From positions 74,124 to 138,123 of the IMG/VR virus record IMGVR_UViG_3300045988_151219: 64,000 nucleotides of DNA; one strand, written 5' to 3'. Both the position numbers and the translations under genes were made by a program. The notes under the pieces were generated by a model, which saw nothing but the letters and a program-made list of their open reading frames with translations, had not been told where the DNA came from and did no database searches. Positions 51,797-60,467 of this stretch are shown one piece after another; the stretch's first letter is position 1, and each line of letters starts with the position of its first letter. Source of the stretch: a virus.

Positions 51797-52407
51797 GCTT
51801 TTTCTTCAACTTTTTTATGATGGTCTTCATATATTAAATCATAAAATTTTGGGAAGTTTTTAAGGTATTCACAAAAGGCTCTCCATTCAGGAAGCTTATG
51901 ATTTTTCCGCTGATTGTATATTGTTTTCAGCTGACGATAATTAGTCGTCATGCGTGCTGTGTATGAGAATCCTGTCGGAATATTATAAAGTAATTTAAGC
52001 ATTTTTTCTTCGGACGGATTCTCTGCATATTCTTTCTGTAATTTCTTTAATAAATTTTTTGCCTCTTCTGTAACGTAACTGTTACAGTTTTCATCTATCT
52101 TCAAAGCGTTTATTTTGTGTATAGTCGATTGTGAAGTAACAAAATCAATAAAATGATACCGTTGTAATTCTACCCACATCTTGATTGAACAGTGTAAATC
52201 AAACTGTGCAATAATTCCGTTGAGGTAATTATCTTCTCCCGAATTAGGTGCTTGGTGTGCTAATACTCTGGCTCTCTTAATATCGGAATCTTTAGGCGTA
52301 TCCAAATCTCTATTAACTTCTTCCGCCATAGAATATCCGGAAGCTACAATAGATTCACTAAGTCCAAAGACTCTTAAATTAGATATGATATTTTCAAATT
52401 CTTTCAT
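51793..52407 (-). CDS. ThyX-fold (flavin-dependent thymidylate synthase-like) protein with altered signature
   Basis: GEDNYLNGIIAQFDLHCSIKMWVELQRYHFIDFVTSQSTIH parallels HETPFEHxxFTFxVxxPIFVxRQWxRHRxxSxxxxSxRY, and TARMTTNYRQLKTIYNQRKNHKLPEWRAF parallels the NxRSLxxFxxLRxxxxAQxEI helix. RHR is replaced by RYH. Confidence 0.5.
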   Translation of the reverse strand: MKEFENIISNLRVFGLSESIVASGYSMAEEVNRDLDTPKDSDIKRARVLAHQAPNSGEDNYLNGIIAQFDLHCSIKMWVELQRYHFIDFVTSQSTIHKINALKIDENCNSYVTEEAKNLLKKLQKEYAENPSEEKMLKLLYNIPTGFSYTARMTTNYRQLKTIYNQRKNHKLPEWRAFCEYLKNFPKFYDLIYEDHHKKVEEKA

Positions 52408-52418
52408 TTCTTTCTCCT

Positions 52419-53837
52419 TTAAAAGTTTAATCCTAAATCAAAATCATCTGACCCCACTAAATCAGAAAGCTCATCAGACGACATCATGATTTTCTGGTCT
52501 GCATCTTCGCTTCCTACATTATACATTTCTGGGTCAAATTTAATTGCAACAGGGTCTACGATAACAGGACCGTATCTATTTTTCAGCAGACACATATTAG
52601 CTTCTTTAGCTAATTTTAAATTCTCGTCTGTGTATATAGACAAGACTACTATAGACGATTTCTCAAGCTCGTTAGCTTCAGCTATTGCTCGTAAATCATA
52701 CGCTCCCTGGTTTTTAACCGCTCTTGCCCAGCCTTCACGGTTAGCCTGCGCTGCTACCATGACATGTATCTTTCTATACTCTCCTGTGGTTTTATCTTTC
52801 CTGAAATTTAACGCTAATTTTCTAAAGTAAGAAACATACTCATTAATGACAGCATATTCATTCTGGTTCTTTGAAACCGCTCCGAATTTAAAGAGATTAA
52901 TATAATCAACAAAAACTCCGTCTATACCTTTACCTGTCTCTTTTATAAATTCATCATCTACGTCTTCCAGCTTGGTTCTGACTTCCGCTTTAGACATTGT
53001 AGCAAAATCAGTCTCATCCAGTATCTTTATTTTTCCGCCTGTCTCATAAAAGTCCGGCAAAATAGTTTCTGTAAAATACTCTGTCTCTTTTTCATTCAGT
53101 TTACACTGTCTGATTTTTTGATGTGGTAATCCAACATATTCCGTAAATTTTGACTCATTGGAATGTCTTGAAAGCAGCTGTATAAGCACATCTTCTTTTG
53201 AGACTTCCAATGATATTATTACTACATTATAGTTTTCTTTCTTGGCATTATTATAAGCACAGTTTAACATGTAAGTTGATTTACCGTTTGCTACGAAACC
53301 AAATACAGTTGAAATACCGCCCATAGGCAGTCCACCGATAGCCTCATCTATTTCCGGTATGAATGACAACAAACCAATAGGTTTGTTTTTCTTCGCCTTA
53401 TAATATTCTAAAAAAGCTTCTGGTGTGTCTGTAGTAGATTTCTCGACTTTCCCCTGGTCTACTTTAATATCAGCTAATCTGTCTTGAAGCTCCGGCGTAA
53501 ATCCTTTCGCTTTGACTTCCCCTGCCACCTGCATTAAGGTCTTGGAAATGTCTTGGTTTATTCTCTGTCTTAACAGTAGCTTATATCTTATCTTTAAATC
53601 TTCTTCTGATAAGACTTTCGCTTTGCTAAGAGGTACTTCATATTCCGGATGTTCATTTAAGAAATAGCTTTCTGTAGGCAGCTTGCCTAATTCTTTTAAG
53701 TTATCCCTGAACTCTTCAAACAGCTGTGTTTCCTGTGATGAAAAATAATTCTGGTTTTCCGGTGATAATACCTGGTTAATGATTAAAGCTGTCTCGTCTC
53801 CTGATGTATTCAGTATAGACTTAATTATAGTCTCCAC
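52419..53837 (-). CDS. DnaB-family replicative helicase
   Basis: Walker A FGFVANGKSTYML, Walker B GVFVDYINL, VMVAAQANREG. Confidence 0.8.
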   Translation of the reverse strand: METIIKSILNTSGDETALIINQVLSPENQNYFSSQETQLFEEFRDNLKELGKLPTESYFLNEHPEYEVPLSKAKVLSEEDLKIRYKLLLRQRINQDISKTLMQVAGEVKAKGFTPELQDRLADIKVDQGKVEKSTTDTPEAFLEYYKAKKNKPIGLLSFIPEIDEAIGGLPMGGISTVFGFVANGKSTYMLNCAYNNAKKENYNVVIISLEVSKEDVLIQLLSRHSNESKFTEYVGLPHQKIRQCKLNEKETEYFTETILPDFYETGGKIKILDETDFATMSKAEVRTKLEDVDDEFIKETGKGIDGVFVDYINLFKFGAVSKNQNEYAVINEYVSYFRKLALNFRKDKTTGEYRKIHVMVAAQANREGWARAVKNQGAYDLRAIAEANELEKSSIVVLSIYTDENLKLAKEANMCLLKNRYGPVIVDPVAIKFDPEMYNVGSEDADQKIMMSSDELSDLVGSDDFDLGLNF

Positions 53838-54359
53838 TTATATTTCCTCTATTTCCATTCTTTTTTGTCCTAAAGTAATTGTCTCTATCTCATTCTGCTT
53901 TAGCCATTCATGTAAAGCCAGATATTTCTGTTGTATATTTACTGTGGTCAATATCCACAAGTGCCTATTGTTTGTTAATAGATTCTCTCCTAACTGTATT
54001 ACTATATCATCCTGCCTTCTATTTTCAAATTCTGTACCTGTAAAATATACCAGGATAATATCCTGCTTTAAATCAAATATAGTTTTATACTCTTCTACGT
54101 TTCCTAAATAAATGTCTATAAGCTCATAAGCATTCAGGAATTTAACAGACTTGAATTTCTTTAGCCTTAATATTAAAGATAAAGCTACATACTTAAGCTC
54201 CTTATTGTTTTCGTATTTCACACATAAAGAGTTGTCTGATTCTATGTCTTTCACTTTATCATATATTGTTTTGAATTTTTCAAGGCTAAAATTCCTGATA
54301 GACATAATCTCCGGATAAAAAGCCTTCAGCTTATAAAATTTTTCTAACGATGTACTCAT
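53838..54359 (-). CDS. Hypothetical protein (helicase-adjacent)
   Basis: 173-aa ORF abutting the helicase gene; no motif recognised. Confidence 0.45.
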   Translation of the reverse strand: MSTSLEKFYKLKAFYPEIMSIRNFSLEKFKTIYDKVKDIESDNSLCVKYENNKELKYVALSLILRLKKFKSVKFLNAYELIDIYLGNVEEYKTIFDLKQDIILVYFTGTEFENRRQDDIVIQLGENLLTNNRHLWILTTVNIQQKYLALHEWLKQNEIETITLGQKRMEIEEI

Positions 54360-54368
54360 CAGAATACC

Positions 54369-55472
54369 TCATATAACTAAATGTAAATGTTTCTTCGCTC
54401 TCGTAACAGCTGTATAAAGCAGCCTGTCTCTATCAACCCAGTTAGCATACTTGGGAATGATAGCTACTATGTCTTCTGCTTCGGAACCTTGGTATTTCCA
54501 AACAGTAACCGCATATCCAAAATCAAATGTAGCCCTATTCATATCCCATTCATCGTCAAAAGGTTCTTGATAGAAGTTAGCAAAATCAGTTTTTAAATCT
54601 CGGCTATGATGTGTATAATCCGGCTTGAATCTCAAGAAGCCTAATAAGCCTTTGCAGACTTTAGCCATCTTACATTCTCCGGTCATTCCGTTTACAGGCC
54701 TTGCTCCCCCTATCTCCGTATTCCACATATTCTTAGTGAGTACGACTTTCTCCCCCGCTTGGGGAATTAGTCCACTAAATCCTAATTTCTGTCTGATATA
54801 CCGGTTGAGACTATTCCTGTCTTTGTTTGTAGTAACTAATATCTGGTCTGTCTTTAAACAGGTTTCTATAAAGTCTTTATTACCTTTTATATCCTGCCTT
54901 GTTAAAACTTCAAAGTCTTCCCCTTTTTCAGGCGTGATTGTCTCTCTATTCCTAATTTTTGTAGCTAATCTTACTATACCTGATTCTCCGGCTTGTCTTA
55001 TAATCTCGGTCAAGATAACGTCCGGATGGTCAAACAAGTGAGGGTCATCTCCAATAGGCGGAAGCTGGAAAGGGTCTCCAACAAATATTATCTTGTGAGG
55101 AAATTTCAGAAGGTCTTTAAAGATTTCTTTGTCTACCATAGAAGCTTCGTCTACTACTATTACTTCGCAATGCCTGATAGGCATCTTCTTTAAAGCAAAG
55201 ATTAATTCTTCCCCTTCTTTGTCTAACAAAGAATATTGGTAGTGGTGTATAGTAATCGCCGGAATACCTTTTGCGGATAAGACTGAAACTGAACGCCCTG
55301 TAGGACCTAAGAAACCTACTAAGCCTTTTTCTTTATTCTTAAAGAACTCTGAAATAATAGTAGATTTTCCTGTACCAGCATACCCTGCCAATACAAATAT
55401 TTTTCTATCCGATTGTAAGAATTTTTCCAGCTTCTCTAACGCCTCTTGCTGGGAATCAGTGAGATTTAACAT
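54369..55472 (-). CDS. SF1 RecD/Dda/Pif1-like helicase
   Basis: LAGYAGTGKSTII, VIVVDEASMV, FVGDPFQLPPI, VWKYQGSE, LYTAVTRAKKHLHLV. Confidence 0.85.
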   Translation of the reverse strand: MLNLTDSQQEALEKLEKFLQSDRKIFVLAGYAGTGKSTIISEFFKNKEKGLVGFLGPTGRSVSVLSAKGIPAITIHHYQYSLLDKEGEELIFALKKMPIRHCEVIVVDEASMVDKEIFKDLLKFPHKIIFVGDPFQLPPIGDDPHLFDHPDVILTEIIRQAGESGIVRLATKIRNRETITPEKGEDFEVLTRQDIKGNKDFIETCLKTDQILVTTNKDRNSLNRYIRQKLGFSGLIPQAGEKVVLTKNMWNTEIGGARPVNGMTGECKMAKVCKGLLGFLRFKPDYTHHSRDLKTDFANFYQEPFDDEWDMNRATFDFGYAVTVWKYQGSEAEDIVAIIPKYANWVDRDRLLYTAVTRAKKHLHLVI

Positions 55473-55737
55473 GTATTATCAACTCGTCTCCCGCTTGTAA
55501 ATTCCCAACGTCAGATATATTATTATCTTTCTTAATCTGATAAACCAATTCACGGACGTCTTCATTCTCCTTAACAATATCTTTCGCTATGTCATACAGA
55601 TTGTCTCCAGCTTTCACCGTATAATGATACGTGATAACTTCTTCTTTCGGAAAATCTGTCACAGTATAACCAGCTATAAATACAATTAAGATAAATAATA
55701 CAAGCTTTTTCATTTCTTTCTTCTCCTCTATAAACAT
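55456..55737 (-). CDS. Membrane-anchored LysM-domain protein
   Basis: TM helix LVLFILIVFIAGY, then YTVKAGDNLYDIAKDI...NLQAGDELII. Confidence 0.7.
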   Translation of the reverse strand: MFIEEKKEMKKLVLFILIVFIAGYTVTDFPKEEVITYHYTVKAGDNLYDIAKDIVKENEDVRELVYQIKKDNNISDVGNLQAGDELIIHVKSH

Positions 55738-55758
55738 AATACATTTCTTTATGTCTAT

Positions 55759-55787
55759 ATTATAAAAGAAGTTGTAAAATATGTCAA
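55759..55787 (-). promoter_or_regulatory. Class A sigma-70 consensus promoter
   Basis: TTGACA TATTTTACAACTTCTTT TATAAT: -35 at 55782-55787, -10 at 55759-55764; identical to the 51.8-kb copy. Confidence 0.75.
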
Positions 55788-55821
55788 ATGTTTTTATTTA
55801 TAAATTATATTATAAACTACG

Positions 55822-56358
55822 TTACATATTATTCTGCCACTCTCTCAAGATAACTTTCTTAGGCTGTGAATACGTGAGTCTTCTTGCTCTGTTATATATC
55901 TTATCTGAATTAAGCTGTGCTACAAAGATTGATTCAAAAAAGTTACCTAAGCTAAGTCTTGCCAAATCTGTTTCTGTACCGGTATAGTCTGTCGATTTAA
56001 TTTTGAAAGTAAGAACATCAGGCTCATTCTCTTCCCAATAAAGGTAATAATATACTTCTCCTAATTTAAGCTCCGGCTTCTTCTCATAAAAGAAACACCC
56101 TTTGAAAAATTCTTCCAAATCTTTTGTATCAAAGTCTTTCGCATAATATAATTCCCTTGTTACCGAATTAATTGATTTCCTATAAAATCCTCTCGGTTGG
56201 AATAAAAATGTTCCTTTAAAATTTGTCTGATTAAATACATGATACGGTGTAGAAAATTTAAGCTGGTGTTTATATACAAATCTGGATGTAATTGTCTCGT
56301 CTAAATTCTCCCTCGCAAAATTAACTACCCTGTCCGGCTCTTTGTAATACGGTTTCAT
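55822..56358 (-). CDS. Hypothetical protein
   Basis: 178-aa ORF. Confidence 0.5.
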   Translation of the reverse strand: MKPYYKEPDRVVNFARENLDETITSRFVYKHQLKFSTPYHVFNQTNFKGTFLFQPRGFYRKSINSVTRELYYAKDFDTKDLEEFFKGCFFYEKKPELKLGEVYYYLYWEENEPDVLTFKIKSTDYTGTETDLARLSLGNFFESIFVAQLNSDKIYNRARRLTYSQPKKVILREWQNNM

Positions 56359-56404
56359 TTCTTTCTCCTTTTAATAACAATAAATTCTTTCAAATAACTC
56401 TCTT

Positions 56405-56414
56405 TATATTATAC
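56405..56414 (-). promoter_or_regulatory. Class B promoter-like motif (ATAGTATAATATAAAGAGAG)
   Basis: tatattatac lies directly downstream of terminator 56423-56453 and 47 nt upstream of ATG 56358. Confidence 0.5.
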
Positions 56415-56422
56415 TATAAATT

Positions 56423-56453
56423 AAAAAACTGATACTGTAGATTTTAGTATCAG
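56423..56453 (-). terminator. Rho-independent terminator
   Basis: Minus strand CTGATACT-AAAATCTAC-AGTATCAG followed by TTTTTT. Confidence 0.8.
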
Positions 56454-57310
56454 ATATTATATACGACAAATCCATCTATTCATTTCTCTCTCTTTTGACA
56501 AAACTTAATAAACATACTGACTTTATTCTTTAAACAGCCAATAGTTAAATAAGTACCTGTCTTATAGTATATTTACCTCGTCTTGATAAGGCTATTTACT
56601 ACATAAACGTGACTAAGGCTTATGCAGCTATACTATCTTATAAATAGATGTACTTTCTTTTATGAATTTACCTTGGTGCTTAGTACCTCTAACGTTATAA
56701 TAACTTCTCAAGAGTGCTGCACAGGTAGCGTCCTCTATGAGGTTAAAAGCTGTGGCACATTCCTTGTTATCGTTATCAATGTTATTAGTACGTTGCGTTA
56801 TATGCTCTTCTTCTAAAGCTCTTTGATAAATTCATCATTATTCAGTTGTAACTGCTAAATTCAGCGAATTTAGCTATTTTTGAAATGGATATTTCTGATG
56901 TACGAAATCAGATTCTACCGGCCCTTAGCCTATAACCTTGTCTGCGACAGTTACCACTAAGCTCTTATAAAACACGCTCTCTGAATTATAAGAGGAACTT
57001 ACTACTCTCTTTTATTTTCTACTCTTAGTTTACTTTTCGTTACGCTTGTTTTACTTGCCCTGGTTTTTCACTCTGGCTGGTATTTTGCTTTAGTCTCTAC
57101 TTTTTCTATTTTATTTCTCGTTGACTGCAGATACCTGGGGTCACAACTCCCTTGCATCTCCTCTTAGGCTCGTCACTCCCTAAGACGGCTGGACTACTGG
57201 TTTAACCTTGCTACTGTGTACGTTAGTACAAAGCTGTCTCTCGACATTTAAAGCAGGAACGCCCGCGGCTTTTGTCTTCGTCCGTTTATCTCTATATTTT
57301 ATATATTACA
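56454..57310 (-). ncRNA. ORF-poor ~850-nt region with a GC-rich structured core (candidate large ncRNA; class unknown)
   Basis: No ATG/GTG/TTG-started ORF of 60 aa or more on the minus strand. GC is about 50-55% at 57120-57290 against a ~30% background. Perfect hairpins at 56962-56994 (9 bp) and 56854-56874 (9 bp), plus TCTTAGG/CCTAAGA at ~57155-57180. The region lies between the SNF2 stop and a strong terminator. Confidence 0.4.
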
Positions 57311-59059
57311 TCATTTTCTTCTCTTTGTCAAATTCCACAGCATTGAGTTTTTGAGAAACTTCTTGTACTTTATTACCTCTTCTCCTTTCATTGTCCGACT
57401 GAACTTGGGAATATTCTTTAAACCCTCTTGTCCGAATATCTTGTTTATAAGCTCTTTATGCTGCTCTATCAATAAGGTTTTATATTCATCTATCGTGCCT
57501 TTAGCTACCAGGGTGTATATGTTCTGTGTACTGAACTTGCTGTCTATCCTGCATATTCTACCTATACTTTGTATTATCGTATATAAGGAAAAAGGCGTGT
57601 CATAGAATATTATATTGTTCGCTTTCTGCAAATTGATAGACTCTGAACCTGCTTTTGTGATTATAATGATACTTTTAGGTATTATCTGCTCCGCCTGGCG
57701 TCTCGCCTCTTCGCTCTGCTTCCCTGTTATCGACATAAGCTTACTGTATTGTACGCTTGAACGTTTGATGTGATACTCTAAATAACTGAATACCTCGTCA
57801 TAGTCTGTATATATTATTACAGACTCGTTTTTATGTATAATGTGTGATACTAGTGTTATTAAATACCTTATCTTCGTTGATACTCTGTTATCATTCTTGA
57901 TATTAAATATGTTTGTAGCAGAGTCATACTGCGGGCTTCTCGCCCCATCCACTACCATCTGGAGCGAATGCAGCCTTGCGGCAAAGGCTTGTGGGTTCTC
58001 GCTTGTATATTCTTTCTCTTTGCTCATTAAACCTTTTGAGGCTATGTTATAAAGTCCACCCTCTTCTTCTGTGATGTCGAATTTTATGCCCTTGAAGTTT
58101 AATTTGTACTCTTTCCCTCTGGAGATGTAACACCTCTTGAGTAAAAGCTTTAAACTCTCTAAGTTCTTGTAACCTGCTATCTCTCGAACTTTCCGCACTC
58201 CTCGCCTTGTCCTGATGACCCGCTCGTGGTAAATCACAAATTTATTCTCGAAATCCCTCCTGCTGTCACTTAAATATCCTGGACGTAAAAAGTCCATGAT
58301 TGAATATACTGATATAATGTTGTTCAGTAAAGGGGTCGCTGTTAAACCATAGACTACACTAAAGCTACTACGTAAAGATTTTAGCTCTCTGGTTAAGTTA
58401 CTGTCCGGATTTCCTATCTTGTGTACTTCGTCACAAATTAGTAAAATCTTGACAGGTCGCTTGATACCTGGTTTAAATTTAATCTTCTGTATGTTATTGA
58501 TTAGATTCTTTAGCGGCGTGAGATTACTATAGTTCATTAGAAATATTCTTCCGCTTTTATGAGTCGTTGTACTTTCGTTGGTAGTTCTAATGTGATATGG
58601 TAATCTTACCCTCTTTAGCTCTTTCTTGAATGCGTTGGTCGCTGATTTAGGACATAATATTATTGTTATTATCTGTGGGATTCTCTCTTCTTTTATAATA
58701 TCTTTGTTCTTTAGTTCGTTCTGCTGGCTCGTATTATTCTTTATATTTGCTTTGTTGTTTTCTTTTATTACTATATGGTCTTTATTGACTGTATCGTTAT
58801 TAATGTGTGTGTTTTGTGTACCTGGTTTAAGGATATTTTGTGGTACGTTTATCCGTTCTGATTTTATCAGCTTTTCTTTTTCTCTCTGGGCGTATTTTTG
58901 GTCAAACTTACTCATGATTAAATAAGCCAATGAAAGTGCTTGTAACGTCTTGCCCATTCCTGGCTTATCCCCTAATACAGAATTGGGATGGTTATATAAA
59001 AATTCTACTCCCTCTTCCTGCTCTTTTGTAAGTTTGTATGAATCATTTACTTCGTACAT
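57311..59059 (-). CDS. SNF2-family helicase/translocase
   Basis: LGDKPGMGKTLQAL (I), LLICDEVHKIGN (II), GLTATPLLNN (III), QSIGRICRIDS (VI), and an N/K-rich insertion after motif I. Confidence 0.85.
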   Translation of the reverse strand: MYEVNDSYKLTKEQEEGVEFLYNHPNSVLGDKPGMGKTLQALSLAYLIMSKFDQKYAQREKEKLIKSERINVPQNILKPGTQNTHINNDTVNKDHIVIKENNKANIKNNTSQQNELKNKDIIKEERIPQIITIILCPKSATNAFKKELKRVRLPYHIRTTNESTTTHKSGRIFLMNYSNLTPLKNLINNIQKIKFKPGIKRPVKILLICDEVHKIGNPDSNLTRELKSLRSSFSVVYGLTATPLLNNIISVYSIMDFLRPGYLSDSRRDFENKFVIYHERVIRTRRGVRKVREIAGYKNLESLKLLLKRCYISRGKEYKLNFKGIKFDITEEEGGLYNIASKGLMSKEKEYTSENPQAFAARLHSLQMVVDGARSPQYDSATNIFNIKNDNRVSTKIRYLITLVSHIIHKNESVIIYTDYDEVFSYLEYHIKRSSVQYSKLMSITGKQSEEARRQAEQIIPKSIIIITKAGSESINLQKANNIIFYDTPFSLYTIIQSIGRICRIDSKFSTQNIYTLVAKGTIDEYKTLLIEQHKELINKIFGQEGLKNIPKFSRTMKGEEVIKYKKFLKNSMLWNLTKRRK

Positions 59060-60015
59060 CAGAAAAATCCATTTCTACTTAAAAATTGACCCCATCTCTC
59101 AAGACCGAAATAGGAAATAACTCTGTGTGCATAGTCTTTACCCACATTGACTTTGTATAAGTTAGGATAGTAATTATCTCGTAACTTCATCATCTGATAA
59201 TTAAATTTCAATGTTTCCTTGTTTTCTTTTATCTTATTATTATACTGGCTTTCAACGAAATTATTCTCAAAAATTTCTTCAAAAGTTTCTACACTCTCTG
59301 CTATCTCCTTAGCTTTCTTATGCGGAAACCTCGGTATTCCTTTTAGAGAATCAGAAGCATCTCCTACAATAGCTCTATAAATGGGAAGCTTAGAAGGTGA
59401 AATCCGTAAGAATTTTTTATATAATGAATTTTCTTCTTCTATTGTAGTAAACCTATCCCAATCAATTATCTCCGGCTCCCCTTTAGTGACTTTCCGAACA
59501 ATAGAAACTCTATTGTCTTCTGTGAGTGCTTGCATTAAATCGTTATCCCCTGAATTGATAAAGACTTTTGCTAAATCAATTTTCCTGGAAAGGTTATATA
59601 AATTATCATCTGCTTCTTTATCTTCATTATATGAAAAATAAACGTTTGAATGTATTGAAGCTAATTTTACTATATATGGAATATCATTAAAGAAGTTGTA
59701 TTCAAGCTCGGCTCTTCCTTCTTTATATGAACGTCCTGTTGATTCAGTTAAGATTATTCTGTCTTTCGGTACACCATCTCTTACTATTACTACTGCTGTA
59801 TTTGGATATCCAGGCATAGATAAAAAAGACTGTATAGCTTGCAGTGTACCATATAAATGCCCATTAGGAAGCTTTAATCCAGCCGGCGTTATTGTATGAA
59901 AATTTTTAAAGACATAAAAATTCCTATGCAGCTGCCATGATAAATCCATAACAACAACATAGTCATATGTGTTTAAATATGATGGTAAAAATTCTTGTAT
60001 GTGTATTTGACCCAT
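59059..60015 (-). CDS. 5'-3' exonuclease / flap endonuclease (FEN, T4 RNase H/T5 D15-like)
   Basis: VVVMDLSWQLHRNFY, VVIVRDG, EADDNLYNL, INSGDNDLMQAL, IVGDASDSLKGIP. Confidence 0.85.
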   Translation of the reverse strand: MGQIHIQEFLPSYLNTYDYVVVMDLSWQLHRNFYVFKNFHTITPAGLKLPNGHLYGTLQAIQSFLSMPGYPNTAVVIVRDGVPKDRIILTESTGRSYKEGRAELEYNFFNDIPYIVKLASIHSNVYFSYNEDKEADDNLYNLSRKIDLAKVFINSGDNDLMQALTEDNRVSIVRKVTKGEPEIIDWDRFTTIEEENSLYKKFLRISPSKLPIYRAIVGDASDSLKGIPRFPHKKAKEIAESVETFEEIFENNFVESQYNNKIKENKETLKFNYQMMKLRDNYYPNLYKVNVGKDYAHRVISYFGLERWGQFLSRNGFF

Positions 60016-60024
60016 TTCTCCCCC

Positions 60025-60378
60025 CTATAATGTTGTTGAGTATAGCTCATTCAAATCCAACCATTCACCTTCTATCTCGGCGTAAATAGTAAAGTCGTCC
60101 GCTATTAAAGTAGTCTTTTTTATTTCTCCATCTATTATATACTCAAAGGGAATAGTCATTGATGAAATTGATATACTGTTTACTGATTCTTTTACAGAAT
60201 TTATCGGATTAATATAGTGACATTTAGGACATTCCCACAAAGACTCGTTAGGAAATCTTCCATCAGAATAAAAAATCTCATCAAAAAGCCCAAAGTCATA
60301 TTCGTATTCTTCTCTATGATTGCACATTGGACATGTTAAATAAAATTCAGGAAATAAATGCCCTTTGTATTTCTCCAT
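60025..60378 (-). CDS. Zinc-ribbon protein
   Basis: CPMCNH ... CPKCHY. Confidence 0.45.
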   Translation of the reverse strand: MEKYKGHLFPEFYLTCPMCNHREEYEYDFGLFDEIFYSDGRFPNESLWECPKCHYINPINSVKESVNSISISSMTIPFEYIIDGEIKKTTLIADDFTIYAEIEGEWLDLNELYSTTL

Positions 60379-60396
60379 CTCTTTTTCCTCCGTCTT

Positions 60397-60406
60397 TATA
60401 TTATAC
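60397..60406 (-). promoter_or_regulatory. Class B promoter-like motif (ATAGTATAATATAAAGACGGAGG)
   Basis: tatattatac lies directly downstream of terminator 60418-60447. Confidence 0.5.
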
Positions 60407-60417
60407 TATATTTTAGG

Positions 60418-60447
60418 AAAAATAAAATAGCTCCAATTAAGGAGCTA
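60418..60447 (-). terminator. Rho-independent terminator
   Basis: Minus strand TAGCTCC-TTAATT-GGAGCTA followed by TTTTATTTTT, after stop 60468. Confidence 0.7.
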
Positions 60448-60467
60448 TATATTGATAAAAGTTTTGT

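Noticed and set aside
56622-56816. 64-aa hydrophobic plus-strand ORF as a small toxin gene
   Set aside because: It is antisense to a 67-codon minus-strand open frame (56631-56831) with normal phage-like composition. There is no RBS, and the hydrophobicity is the usual antisense artefact. The nearby hairpin plus T-run (56854-56880) on the plus strand is the only supporting signal.
56895-56907. Hammerhead-like CUGAUG...GAAA on the plus strand
   Set aside because: There is no stem II between the boxes and no flanking stems I/III. It is better explained as a simple hairpin (UCUGAU/AUCAGA) on the minus strand.
56880-57300. RNase P RNA or tmRNA identity for the GC-rich core
   Set aside because: I looked for GGAAAGUCC (CR-I), a P4 partner ...GGCUUA with matching flanks, and a tRNA-like 3' end (GGTTCGA...CCACCA). 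There are only loose resemblances (AGUCCAGCC, AGCAAAAUACCAGCC, CAGACAAGG..GGCUAAG), and the required P4 complementarity fails. There is no T-arm or CCA end.
58684-58807. Low-complexity N/K-rich stretch in the SNF2 gene as a repeat array
   Set aside because: It is in frame, has no periodic DNA unit, and is typical of an AT-driven insertion between helicase motifs I and II.
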